51,764 nucleotides of DNA from Candidatus Caldarchaeum sp. (lineage in GTDB: Archaea > Thermoproteota > Nitrososphaeria_A > Caldarchaeales > Caldarchaeaceae), in the NCBI GenBank assembly GCA_038831915.1, contig JAWBKB010000010.1, positions 1-51,764 on the forward strand, read 5' to 3'. Of the stretch, positions 1 through 9,212 are shown in pieces. Numbering within the stretch: position 1 is the stretch's first letter; every line of letters begins with the position of its first letter. A model generated the notes under the pieces. That model was not told the DNA's origin and ran no database searches. It was given only the letters and a program-made list of their open reading frames with translations. The position numbers and the translations under genes were made by a program.

Positions 1-97
1 AAAGAATGAATGTTCCAAGTTTTATGCGATTATAGGTTTTCGGCACCCAGAGAAACAGAGGCTGTTGAGGCGGAAGGTTGGGTTGGCGCAACCCTAG
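1..97 (+). mobile_element. 3' end of an archaeal BHB-type 23S rRNA intron inserted after ~U2449 (E. coli numbering); 5' part outside window
   Basis: Conserved 23S AACAGGCTCGTCG starts at 98 but is preceded by non-rRNA sequence instead of GGGAT. CCCT (92-95) plus bulge AG|A (96-98) is the 3' half of a BHB that would pair with exon (A/G)GGG. Confidence 0.8.
2..97 (+). CDS. C-terminal fragment of an intron-encoded LAGLIDADG-type homing endonuclease (partial)
   Basis: Frame 2 reads [39 protein letters not shown] resembles archaeal LAGLIDADG C-termini; stop TAG at 95-97. Confidence 0.65.
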   Translation, partial: KNECSKFYAIIGFRHPEKQRLLRRKVGLAQP

Positions 98-236
98 AAC
101 AGGCTCGTCGCGGGCGAGAGTCCCCATCGACCCCGCGGCTTGGTACCTCGATGTCGGCTCTTCCCAACCTGGCCGTGCAGAAGCGGCCAAGGGTGCGGCT
201 GTTCGCCGATCAAAGGGGAACGTGAGCTGGGTTTAG
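98..236 (+). rRNA. rrl: 23S rRNA internal exon (domain V, ~2450-2588, peptidyl transferase centre)
   Basis: AACAGG...GGTACCTCGATGTCGGCTC...GTTCGCC...GAGCTGGGTTTAG match universally conserved 23S domain V motifs. Confidence 0.95.
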
Positions 237-886
237 ACACCGCTGTTGGGGAAGCCTTTTTAGAAAACGATGGGCTAGGAAGTTTAGCCAACACCATGAT
301 AGTTTCAGCTCTTCAACTTCAGATCATTTACGGGTCGTTACTCGGCGATGGATGTCTCGACAGGCCTAAACTTGGCAACTCGAGGTTGATCCAGCGACAT
401 AGCGAGAGGGATGAACACTACGCACGTTTTAAGCATGCGGCACTGAGACCCCTGAGCCTCGGCTTATTCAAGCACGTTTATTTAGATAGAAGAACCGGGA
501 AAACATACTCTCAAATCGGGTTTAACACTGTGAGAGACCGGTTCTTCACCGAGTTGTACTGGTTGTTTTACCGGAATAACGAAAAACACGTCCCCGAAAT
601 CATTCTCACACAGTTAAACAAGGTTGCCCTTGCTGTATTCGTAGGCGATGACGGGACGTTTGACAGGTCCTCTGGTACCGTGAAGATCTCTGTGGACAGG
701 TATGACATGCAAGACAGACAGCTGACACGTAGATGGCTCGCCGAGAGGTTTGGCATTGAGGCTACAATCCAAAAAGACAGAATCTACATTCTGAGGAGAA
801 GCTACCAGCAACTTATTAACACAATGCCTGAAAACGTTCTTCCATACCTTAGCCGCAGGCTAGGCTTCCCCTAACGGGTGGAACAG
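237..886 (+). mobile_element. 650-nt BHB-type 23S rRNA intron after ~G2588, encoding a homing endonuclease
   Basis: Helix GTTT(231-234)/GAAC(881-884), bulges AG|A (235-237) and AG|A (885-887), and a long terminal stem CACC..GTTGGGGAAGCCT/AGGCTTCCCCTAAC..GGTG. Splicing restores GGGTTTAGACCGTCGTGAGACAG. Confidence 0.93.
296..874 (+). CDS. Double-motif LAGLIDADG homing endonuclease (I-SceI/LAGLIDADG_2-like), 192 aa
   Basis: Motifs IYGSLLGDGCL and LAVFVGDDGTF. ATG 296 is the likely start; the tracked start at 140 lies in the rRNA exon. Confidence 0.88.
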   Translation: MIVSALQLQIIYGSLLGDGCLDRPKLGNSRLIQRHSERDEHYARFKHAALRPLSLGLFKHVYLDRRTGKTYSQIGFNTVRDRFFTELYWLFYRNNEKHVPEIILTQLNKVALAVFVGDDGTFDRSSGTVKISVDRYDMQDRQLTRRWLAERFGIEATIQKDRIYILRRSYQQLINTMPENVLPYLSRRLGFP

Positions 887-1230
887 ACCGTCGTGAGACA
901 GATCGGATTTTACCTGTTGGGAGTGCTGGCTGCCTGAGGGGAAGGTGTTCCCAGTACGAGAGGAACGGAGCGCCGGGGCCTACGGTTTACCGGTTGTCCT
1001 ACAGGGCACTGCCGGGCAGCTGCGCCCCCGCGGATAAGGGCTGAAAGCATCTAAGCCCGAAGCCGCTCCCGAAAACAGGCAGCCAATCGCCGAAGTAGGG
1101 CCTGGCAACAGGCCTGTTTCGGCGACGAGGGCTCCCGTAGAAGACGGGTTTGATGGGGTGGGGGTGTACGGATGGAGGCTTCGGCCGGACATCTTCAGCC
1201 CGCCACTCCCAACCGCCCGAGTGGCCTAAG
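887..1230 (+). rRNA. rrl: 23S rRNA 3' exon (3' end approximate)
   Basis: ACCGTCGTGAGACAG, sarcin-ricin loop AGTACGAGAGGAAC (~953-966), GCTGAAAGCATCTAAG and a helix-98-like hairpin at 1087-1125. No 5S gene recognised downstream. Confidence 0.93.
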
Positions 1231-1506
1231 GAATGCCGTCCAGGCGACAACGCACCCTACCCAACTGGACGCGGAAATATCTGATCAACAATCACGTCAA
1301 AAGTTCATCAAAATAGATATGCAAAGCCCACAGGCTCCGCACTTCATTATGGCGTATTTGGCGACCGGCTTGGGCATCTATTCCAGCCTAGGCCGGACAT
1401 CGTAGCTAACTACGCGATGTTATCCCGTCAAACCCCGACAGCCATCTCACCAATACAGTCGTGGTCTTCGGTGCGAGGAACAGTTGTTCACAGCTCTTAG
1501 GTGGTT

Positions 1507-2550
1507 TCAACAAATTCTCGGGACTATTTCGCCGGTTGGAGGCTCCAAAACCCTGTAGCCGCCGATCATGGTTTTCATGACGACAAAGCTGTGTCCTCTT
1601 GTGTTTTCTCGCACTTGGCCGATTACTCTTGCAAAACTGTATCCAAAATTTTTCATCACGGCCACGATTTCCTCGGCGATTTCGGGCTTGACGGCGAGAA
1701 GAACCACTCCCTCCGATGCGAGAAACAGCGGGTCTATGCCCATCATGTCGCAGAGAGCTGAAACTGGCTCCCGCACCGGAATCTCGGCCTCATCGATGAA
1801 AATGGACGTGTGGGACGAGGAGGCCCAGTCGTGCAGGGCCATCGCGAGACCTCCACGAGTCGGGTCTCTTGCCGCGTGGACGTAATCGATGTATTTAGCA
1901 AAAATTTCGTTCATCAAACTGGTTAGTGGTTTGACGTCGCTGCGGAATTCCTGGGATTCTAATTTGTGTTGCGCCACAAGAATCGCCGCTCCATGTTCAC
2001 CAAGGGGCCCTGATACGATGATTTTATCCCCCACAGCTATGTTTTTGTCGACGATTATTTTTTCTGCGAAACCGATTCCGACAGTGGTCATCACCATCTG
2101 GTCAACCTGTCCCTTCGGCATTACCTTAGTGTCGCCGCCGATGAGCCTGACGTTTTCGGCTTCAAACACTTTCACCATCGAGTCGAAAATCTGCCTCACA
2201 GTTCCATAATCCAGTCCTTCTTCTATGACCAATGAATCAAGAGCCGCGACCGGTTTTCCACCCATCATCAATACGTCGTTAACGGTTCCGGCGGCCGCCA
2301 AAGTTCCAAGGTCTCCACCAGGGAAGAAAATCGGCTGCACAGTGTAGGAGTCGACGGTGACGACGAGGTAGCTGCCATCTCTTAGAGGTATAGCGGCGGC
2401 GTCGTCGGGAAAATCGAGACCAACCCCTCCACTGAATGATTTCATATCGTGAGGGACTCGTTTCAGAACGAGGGCTTCTAAAAGACGGGCAGATTCAACA
2501 CCGCCTGAACCCATCGCGAGAGAAATTTTTTCAAAAACCTGTTCATCCAA
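1507..2550 (-). CDS. hypE: Hydrogenase maturation carbamoyl dehydratase HypE
   Basis: GSGG, TVDSYTVQPIFFPGGDLG, GGDTKV, RDPTRGG and C-terminal PRIC. Confidence 0.96.
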   Translation of the reverse strand: MDEQVFEKISLAMGSGGVESARLLEALVLKRVPHDMKSFSGGVGLDFPDDAAAIPLRDGSYLVVTVDSYTVQPIFFPGGDLGTLAAAGTVNDVLMMGGKPVAALDSLVIEEGLDYGTVRQIFDSMVKVFEAENVRLIGGDTKVMPKGQVDQMVMTTVGIGFAEKIIVDKNIAVGDKIIVSGPLGEHGAAILVAQHKLESQEFRSDVKPLTSLMNEIFAKYIDYVHAARDPTRGGLAMALHDWASSSHTSIFIDEAEIPVREPVSALCDMMGIDPLFLASEGVVLLAVKPEIAEEIVAVMKNFGYSFARVIGQVRENTRGHSFVVMKTMIGGYRVLEPPTGEIVPRIC

Positions 2551-2586
2551 GGTAGGCCAAACCTCCCAAAAAAGGACCTGTTTTCT

Positions 2587-2871
2587 TCATCCGTTTAGAA
2601 GCTTACGGTCCACTAACCTATCGAGCTCGTCTTCGCTGATCATCCCTTTTTCAACAAGCTTTTCACCGATTTCACGTATTCGACTGAACGCTTCAAGGAA
2701 ATCTTCTCGGCTCAGCTTGGAAACCACTATTCCTGCATGGACAACCACGTAGTCTCCTTCATGCACCCCCTCCACGGTTAGCATCACTGTTTTGACTAAG
2801 CCCCCGCCGAAATCAACCTCAGCGTACTCCCCGTGAACCCCAATCACTTTTCCATAAACACCAAGGCACAC
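2587..2871 (-). CDS. hypC: Hydrogenase maturation chaperone HypC
   Basis: N-terminal MCLG, GDYVVVHAG; lies between hypD and hypE. Confidence 0.93.
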   Translation of the reverse strand: MCLGVYGKVIGVHGEYAEVDFGGGLVKTVMLTVEGVHEGDYVVVHAGIVVSKLSREDFLEAFSRIREIGEKLVEKGMISEDELDRLVDRKLLNG

Positions 2872-2877
2872 GTAATT

Positions 2878-4035
2878 TCACCCCACTGCGTCGAATATTC
2901 GCATCGACCCTCCGGTCCGGGCCCAGATTGCACAGGCCCCTTCGTTTGAAACCATGCAGGGCCCGTAAGGTGTCGCGGGTGTGCATTCCTTCATGAAGAA
3001 TACACAGTCTGAAGGCCTTGCCAATCCTAAAACCACGTGGCCACATCGGCATCCCGGCAAGAGGTCATACCTCCAATCAGATTCTCCTGGCTCCTTCAAC
3101 CCATAAAGCTGTAAAGCATCCACGTCTTCGTATTTGTCTTTGAAGAAGAATCCGCTGTCATCGATGAAACCGATTCCACGCCACGAAGCTTTTCTCACTT
3201 CGAAAACTTCTGAAAGAAGCTTTTGTGCGGTCAAGTTGCCTTCCCATGTTACTGCCCGCGAATATTCTACAACGAGCTTTGGATTGTTGTGTTGTATCAT
3301 TTGCAAGATGTTGGCTACGGCTATCAAAACGTCTATCGGCTCAAACCCTGCGACCACGGTTGAGATTCCAAATTCCTCTGGGAGAAAAGACCACACCCCT
3401 GCTCCGATGATGGTGGAAACATGTCCGGGAGCGATAACGCCCGAAACACGGCCGACTTTTTTCACAGCGTATTTCGCGGCCGGCGGCGTAAGCCTTCCAG
3501 CCGAAATCACCGACAGGTTTTTCGGATAATCGGGACGTGAAACAGCGGCCGCGTATCCCGGACAAGTCGTCTCAAACCCCACACCGAGGAACACCGATTC
3601 TTTACCGGTTTTTCTCACGTCGGTCACAGCGTCGACGAAGCTGTAAACCACTTGGACGTCACATCCAGCGGTTTTCGCCTCAGCGAGACTTCTGTAGCCT
3701 TCCACTTTTTTAACCGCGGGCAGCTTGTACGCATCCCCAAAAGTATAAACCGTCAACCCTTCGTGAGCCAGCTTCACCGCTGCTTCGACGTGAAAAGACG
3801 GTGTAACACATACCGGACATCCGGGACCCGCAACCATTTCCAAACCATCAGGCAACACCGACCGAATGCCGTAATGAGCCGTTGTCCACTCATGTGTGCC
3901 GCAAAAATTCATTATCGTCACGTGGTCGACCCCACTGGCTCGAAGCTCTTTCCAATATCCATGGATGATTTTGACTATTGTTAAAGCGTTTTCCCTGTCG
4001 CGGAAAATTTTTTTCGTTAAAGTCGTCAGGTTCAC
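2878..4035 (-). CDS. hypD: Hydrogenase maturation protein HypD
   Basis: CGTH, GPGCPVC, GFETT, PGHVS and C-terminal Cys cluster (GPCMVSNEGAC). Confidence 0.96.
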   Translation of the reverse strand: MNLTTLTKKIFRDRENALTIVKIIHGYWKELRASGVDHVTIMNFCGTHEWTTAHYGIRSVLPDGLEMVAGPGCPVCVTPSFHVEAAVKLAHEGLTVYTFGDAYKLPAVKKVEGYRSLAEAKTAGCDVQVVYSFVDAVTDVRKTGKESVFLGVGFETTCPGYAAAVSRPDYPKNLSVISAGRLTPPAAKYAVKKVGRVSGVIAPGHVSTIIGAGVWSFLPEEFGISTVVAGFEPIDVLIAVANILQMIQHNNPKLVVEYSRAVTWEGNLTAQKLLSEVFEVRKASWRGIGFIDDSGFFFKDKYEDVDALQLYGLKEPGESDWRYDLLPGCRCGHVVLGLARPSDCVFFMKECTPATPYGPCMVSNEGACAIWARTGGSMRIFDAVG

Positions 4036-4131
4036 GGTTTTTCCACAATATATGTTGTGATGAGGAAAGATAAAAGCTCACATTCCACTGATGTGTTTTT
4101 TAGCATACAAAGCATATGTTCTGTGGACGCG

Positions 4132-6432
4132 ATGAAGGCTGTTAAGCTCTATATTTACGGCGTGGTTCAAGGAGTTGGTTTTCGGCCGTTCGTTTACAGA
4201 CTTGCAATCGAAACTGCTGTGCGTGGATATGTGAGAAACGTCAGCGGAAGCGGTGTGGAAATCCATGTCGAAGGCGGGCCAGCCCACGTCGAATCATTTC
4301 TGAAACGATTTCTCTCTGAGAAGCCCCAAGCCGCAATTGTTGAAAAAATTGAAAACAAGCAGGTTGAACCAGTCGGCTTCACGAGTTTCAGCATATTTCC
4401 CAGCGAAAAAACTGTCACGATTCGCTCTATGATTCCACCGGATTTCGCCATCTGTCAAGAATGTTTACACGAGGTTTTGACGCGGACACGATGGTATCAG
4501 TATCCCTTCAACTCGTGCGTCTACTGTGGACCAAGATATTCTATGATGGCCACCAGTACATACGACCGAGCTAGTACAGCGATGGCGGATTTCCCCCTGT
4601 GCGACGATTGCGTAGAGGATTATTCAGACCCTTCAAACACGCGGAGGTTTCACGCACAGGGGATAAGCTGTCCCAAATGCGGGCCCAAACCAACTCTCAT
4701 CAACGCCAGAAACGAGAGAATCGCTGAAGGCGTTGACGCGGTGTTTCAGGCCGCAGAACTTATCGGCGATGGATTCGTTGTCGCGGTGAAGGGGGTGGGT
4801 GGTTTTCATTTCGCAACACTGGCGACTGACGACGAAGTGGTCATGAAAATTCGTATGAGAAAGAGGAGGTCGATGAAGCCTTTCGCGGTCATGGGTTTAG
4901 ACCTTGCAACTTTGTCCGAAATCGTCGTGATTGATCAGGGGGCGGCGGATGTTTTGCTGTCTGTCGAAAGGCCTATTGTTCTGCTTGAGAAGAAAGCCTC
5001 ACGGGTTTCCGAGTTTGTTGCCCCGGGGTTGCGGCATCTGGGCGTCTTCCTACCCTATACATCGCTCCACTACCTGTTGCTAAGCAAGCTGCGTGACAAA
5101 TTCTGCATAATGACTAGCGGGAACATTTCGGACGAGCCCATGGTCATAGACGATTCAACTGCTCTCACGAAGCTCAGCCAAATTGCTGACTATTTTCTCA
5201 TACATAACCGGCGAATATTTCACAGAGTCGACGACAGCGTGGTCCGTTTCAGCCGTGGTAAAACCATGCTTCTGAGGCGGGGAAGGGGATATGCTCCAAT
5301 GTGGATAACTCTTCCCTTCAAAACCGAGAAAAACGTGGTTGCCTTCGGCGCGATGCTTCAAAACGCCGGCTGCATCGTTTTCGAAGACAAAGCAGTCTTG
5401 ACACCTTACATCGGCGACGTTGACGAATTCAACACCCTGCTCGAACTGGATCAGAACGTTCTTTTCTTCATGCAAAGCTACGGAATATCATTCGATTCCG
5501 CGGTCGTTGTCTGCGATAAACATCCGAGTTATCCATCGACTCGGCTTGCCGCTGAACTGGCAGAGAAGAATAAAGCATCTCTCTTCATGGTTCAGCATCA
5601 TCATGCTCACATTCTTTCTGTCATGGTGGATAAGGGTCTCGATGGAGAGGTTGTCGGCATCGCTGTCGACGGCGCCGGCTATGGAGATGATGGAACGGTG
5701 TGGGGAGGTGAAGTCCTCAAAGCATCTTACGAGGGTTATATCAGAGTGGGCTGTTTAAAGCCACAGCTCATGCCTGGAGGTGATGCGGCGGTCAAATATC
5801 CGTCGAGAATGCTTGTGGGCTTGCTCTCATCAATAAGGACGACGGACGAAATCAGCGAGTTGATGCGAGGTCTCAGACTCGTTGAGAAAGGCTTTCAACA
5901 CGGGGAACGCGAGCTCGACTTTGTTCTCAGAAATCTGCACAACGTCCGGGTCAAAACATCAAGCGCCGGCCGCGTCTTCGACGCAGCATCAGCGCTTCTC
6001 GGCATCTGTTTTCAGAGAACCTATGAAGGAGAGCCGGCTATCAAGTTGGAGGCTGCGTCTAAGCCGACGGATAAACGGTTCGACGTAAAGATAATCGGGT
6101 CGCAGCCTTCGATTGTCGACACCTCACAGCTTTTTGAAGATATTTTAGCTGTGCTCGAAGACGGTGTTCAACGTGGTGAAATCGCTTACATGGTTCAGCA
6201 CGCTGTTGGTTACGGGCTTGGCACGATAGCGGCCAAACACGTCGGAGAAAACGGGTTGGTCGTCGTCTCGGGAGGAGCTGCTGTAAACGATATTTTTCTT
6301 CAAGGCGTTGAGGAGGCGCTGCGGTCTGCAGACCTTGAACTCGTTTTACCGACCCGTGTTCCCGCTAATGACGGTGGCATTGCGTTGGGTCAGGCCGCTG
6401 CAGCCGCTTACCGTTACAGAAGTTCTGGATAA
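4132..6432 (+). CDS. hypF: Carbamoyltransferase HypF
   Basis: Acylphosphatase GVVQGVGFRPF, two Zn fingers, KGVGGFH, QHHHAH, DGAGYG and PANDGG. ATG 4132 preferred over 4057. Confidence 0.96.
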   Translation: MKAVKLYIYGVVQGVGFRPFVYRLAIETAVRGYVRNVSGSGVEIHVEGGPAHVESFLKRFLSEKPQAAIVEKIENKQVEPVGFTSFSIFPSEKTVTIRSMIPPDFAICQECLHEVLTRTRWYQYPFNSCVYCGPRYSMMATSTYDRASTAMADFPLCDDCVEDYSDPSNTRRFHAQGISCPKCGPKPTLINARNERIAEGVDAVFQAAELIGDGFVVAVKGVGGFHFATLATDDEVVMKIRMRKRRSMKPFAVMGLDLATLSEIVVIDQGAADVLLSVERPIVLLEKKASRVSEFVAPGLRHLGVFLPYTSLHYLLLSKLRDKFCIMTSGNISDEPMVIDDSTALTKLSQIADYFLIHNRRIFHRVDDSVVRFSRGKTMLLRRGRGYAPMWITLPFKTEKNVVAFGAMLQNAGCIVFEDKAVLTPYIGDVDEFNTLLELDQNVLFFMQSYGISFDSAVVVCDKHPSYPSTRLAAELAEKNKASLFMVQHHHAHILSVMVDKGLDGEVVGIAVDGAGYGDDGTVWGGEVLKASYEGYIRVGCLKPQLMPGGDAAVKYPSRMLVGLLSSIRTTDEISELMRGLRLVEKGFQHGERELDFVLRNLHNVRVKTSSAGRVFDAASALLGICFQRTYEGEPAIKLEAASKPTDKRFDVKIIGSQPSIVDTSQLFEDILAVLEDGVQRGEIAYMVQHAVGYGLGTIAAKHVGENGLVVVSGGAAVNDIFLQGVEEALRSADLELVLPTRVPANDGGIALGQAAAAAYRYRSSG

Positions 6433-6456
6433 ATACCGGTGCTCCGGTTACTGGTC

Positions 6457-7797
6457 ATGGTTGTTGTTCGCGGTAGATTTGTCGTAACCATGAACTCTGA
6501 AATGAAGGTTTGGAAGAACGGGGGTGTAGCGGTTGAAGACGGTGAAATCGTCGACGTGGGCCGATTTGAAGATTTGAAACAGCGATACGGCGGTGAAATA
6601 ATCGGTGATGAATGGAAGATTGTGATTCCCGGTCTCGTCAACTGTCACTATCATTCGCGGGAGCAACTCGCTGCGACTTTGTTTCCCGATGGCTTAGGCG
6701 AAGCTGAATGGTTTAACAACTATTGCCTGCGTTATCACGAGGTTTTGGGCCCTGATGAGGAGAAGGTTGCTTTAGAGCTCGCGTTGTACGCGATGGCGAG
6801 AAACGGTGTTACAGCTTTTAGCGACGGCGGCCTCATTTACCCCGACGTCTCCCTGACCGCGGTCGAAAAAAATCCGCTCAGAATTTACGCCTCTACATGG
6901 TGTTGGGACATGCCGCCGAGAATACGTAAGACAAGTGAACAAGCCATGAAAGAAATTGACGAACTTCGTCGAAAATGGGCGGGGAAGCACCGCGGCCTCG
7001 TCGAAGTATGTGTCACACCCATAAGCGTGACGACCTGTAGCAGAGAACTTCTTCATCAAACATTTTCCTACGCCAAGTCACATCAGTTGAAAACATACAT
7101 TCATACATCATCTTTCCGAGAAGAGGTGGAAAAGGCGATTCAAACTTTTGGCATAACGCCGGTGGGATATTTACGGCGTGAAGGGTTGCTGAGGAATTAT
7201 GTCAACCTTCTTCACGCTGTTCATTTGACCGATGAAGATGTTGAATGGATTGCTGAATCGGGTGCGAGGGTCGTTTGTTGCCCGTGGTCGTCGATGAAGA
7301 AGGGCAAGGGATTGGCTGTTTCGGGAAGATTTCCTGAACTTTTAAAGAAAGGTGTGCGGGTTGGCTTGGGTGCGGACGGTGCTCCTTCGTCTCAGCACGT
7401 CGACATGCTTCGAACCGCCGGTGCTTTTGCAGGTCTTTTCAGAGACGCCAGAATGGACGCCAAAGCAGTCACGACTACCGACGCGCTGAAAGCAATAACA
7501 TCTACAGCCGCGGACCTTCTTGGCGCATCAAATAGAACCGGTTCCATCGAGAAAGGAAAAAGAGCGGACCTCGTTCTAATCGATGTAAGGCACCCGGATT
7601 TTGTTCCGCTTTCCGACCCGATGCAAGCCTTGGTTTTCTCAGCTACGGGTTCCGCTGTCGACACGGTCATGGTAGACGGCAGAATAATTGTGGAACATGG
7701 TGAGGTGAAGAACGTTGATTTTGAGGAGCTTTTCCGCAGAGCTGAAAAAGCGTTGGAGAAAATTGCTTCGAAAATGGGTCATCAGATTCCGATGTAG
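6457..7797 (+). CDS. Metal-dependent amidohydrolase, MTA/SAH-deaminase/AtzA-like family
   Basis: PGLVNCHYH, HAVH, GADG and GSIEKGKRADLV. Start uncertain (6439 or 6457). Confidence 0.85.
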   Translation: MVVVRGRFVVTMNSEMKVWKNGGVAVEDGEIVDVGRFEDLKQRYGGEIIGDEWKIVIPGLVNCHYHSREQLAATLFPDGLGEAEWFNNYCLRYHEVLGPDEEKVALELALYAMARNGVTAFSDGGLIYPDVSLTAVEKNPLRIYASTWCWDMPPRIRKTSEQAMKEIDELRRKWAGKHRGLVEVCVTPISVTTCSRELLHQTFSYAKSHQLKTYIHTSSFREEVEKAIQTFGITPVGYLRREGLLRNYVNLLHAVHLTDEDVEWIAESGARVVCCPWSSMKKGKGLAVSGRFPELLKKGVRVGLGADGAPSSQHVDMLRTAGAFAGLFRDARMDAKAVTTTDALKAITSTAADLLGASNRTGSIEKGKRADLVLIDVRHPDFVPLSDPMQALVFSATGSAVDTVMVDGRIIVEHGEVKNVDFEELFRRAEKALEKIASKMGHQIPM

Positions 7798-8495
7798 CTT
7801 TGCCTGATTTTTTCAGAGTTGAGAAGAGCTATTCCAGACCCTTCGTAAACGATTTTCCCTTGTTCGAGGACGTAGGCTCTATCTGCTGTCTGTAGAGCCA
7901 GGGACGAATCCTGTTCGACGACGAGAATAGAAATACCTTGCCTTTCTCGGATTTCCCGTATTTTTTCGAAAACAGTTCTCCGTGCTATCGGTGCGAGGCC
8001 GACGCTCGGCTCGTCGAGCAAAAGTACTCGGGGACGTGCCATCAAGGCCCTCGCGATGGCTACCATCTGCTGCTCGCCTCCGCTAAGGGTTCCGGCTAGC
8101 TGTTTTCTTCTTTTTTCGATGATGGGGAAGAGATCGGCGACCATTCTGTAATCATCCATGATCCCGTTTTTGTCTTTCCGCGTATAGGCGCCTGACATGA
8201 CGTTTTCATAGACGGTCATGTCGGGGAAGAGTCTTCTTCTTTCAAGCGATAGCATGAGGCCTTTTCTGACTTTTTCGTAGGGCGGCAGCTTCGTGACGTC
8301 CTCGTTTATCAACGTGATTTTGCCCGACTTGATTGTTGCGAGCCCCACCAACGCCAGCATGAGAGTTGTTTTTCCAGCGCCGTTCGGCCCTATGACGGCC
8401 ACGATTTCTTTCTCCCGCACCGTAAGGTTGATGTCTTCGATGACCGTGACAGGCCCGTAACCAGCTATCAAGTTCTCTACTTCGAGAACAGTCAT
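7782..8495 (-). CDS. livF: Branched-chain-type ABC transporter ATPase (LivF-like)
   Basis: GPNGAGKT, LSGGEQQM, LLLDEPS, VEQ. Confidence 0.9.
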   Translation of the reverse strand: MTVLEVENLIAGYGPVTVIEDINLTVREKEIVAVIGPNGAGKTTLMLALVGLATIKSGKITLINEDVTKLPPYEKVRKGLMLSLERRRLFPDMTVYENVMSGAYTRKDKNGIMDDYRMVADLFPIIEKRRKQLAGTLSGGEQQMVAIARALMARPRVLLLDEPSVGLAPIARRTVFEKIREIRERQGISILVVEQDSSLALQTADRAYVLEQGKIVYEGSGIALLNSEKIRQSYIGI

Positions 8496-9212
8496 CTAAA
8501 CCACCTGCGATGTTCCGAGGTAGGCTTTGATAACCAAGTCGCTTTGAGCCACATCTTCCGGAGCACCTTCAAAGATTAGTTTACCTTGGTCCATTACTAA
8601 AACGCGTTGAACCAATTTCATCAGCTCCCGAAGCCTGTGCTCTATGATGACTAGGGTTCCTCCCTGTGCGACATATTCTTTTAGTACTACGAAAACTTCT
8701 TCGATTTCGGCGACAGTCAGTCCTCCGAAGGGCTCGTCTAACAGAAGCATGGTGGGCTTCGCTATCAAGCCGCGCGCGACCTCAAGCTTTTTCAGTTCTC
8801 CGTGTGTAAGAAGCGTGGTTTGAAGGTCTCTTTTCTCGTATAGGCCGAGCTTTTTCAGCAAGTCGGATGCATAGGTTTCGTCGAAGTTGTTGCCTCGGAC
8901 TGTCATGGGGGCCATAAGGTTCTGCTTAACCGTGAGAGATTTGAAGGGCCTCACTATTTGGAAGGTTCGGACAAGTCCTTTCAAAGCACGGTGGTAGGTT
9001 TTCGCATTTGTGATGTCCTCGCCGTTAAAGTAGATTTTTCCAGAATCTGGTTTTTCCGTTCCTGATAGAAGCGAGAAAAGAGTTGTTTTCCCCGCGCCGT
9101 TCGGCCCGATGATTCCGAGAATTTCGTTCTTTTCAACTGACATCGAAACGTTGTCGACAGCCGTGATTCCGCCGAACCTTTTAACCAGATTTTCAGCTTT
9201 TAGGAGCGGCAT
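8496..9212 (-). CDS. livG: Branched-chain-type ABC transporter ATPase (LivG-like)
   Basis: GPNGAGKTT, RTFQIVRPF, LLLDEP, IEH and C-terminal AYLG. Confidence 0.9.
   Translation of the reverse strand: MPLLKAENLVKRFGGITAVDNVSMSVEKNEILGIIGPNGAGKTTLFSLLSGTEKPDSGKIYFNGEDITNAKTYHRALKGLVRTFQIVRPFKSLTVKQNLMAPMTVRGNNFDETYASDLLKKLGLYEKRDLQTTLLTHGELKKLEVARGLIAKPTMLLLDEPFGGLTVAEIEEVFVVLKEYVAQGGTLVIIEHRLRELMKLVQRVLVMDQGKLIFEGAPEDVAQSDLVIKAYLGTSQVV

Noticed and set aside
140-295. N-terminal extension of the endonuclease ORF in the track
   Set aside because: It overlaps the rRNA exon and the intron terminal stem; ATG 296 sits just before the first LAGLIDADG motif.
237-886. Group I intron interpretation (intron ends in G)
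   Set aside because: The ORF fills nearly the whole intron, leaving no room for a ribozyme core; a perfect BHB explains the junctions.
980-1405. Short ORFs over the 23S 3' end
   Set aside because: Shadow frames of rRNA and trailer sequence.
4044-4091. Possible C/D box sRNA (GTGATGA..CTGA) or operator palindrome between hypD and hypF
   Set aside because: The C-to-D span is only ~35 nt without credible C'/D' boxes, and the palindrome arms are only 5 bp.
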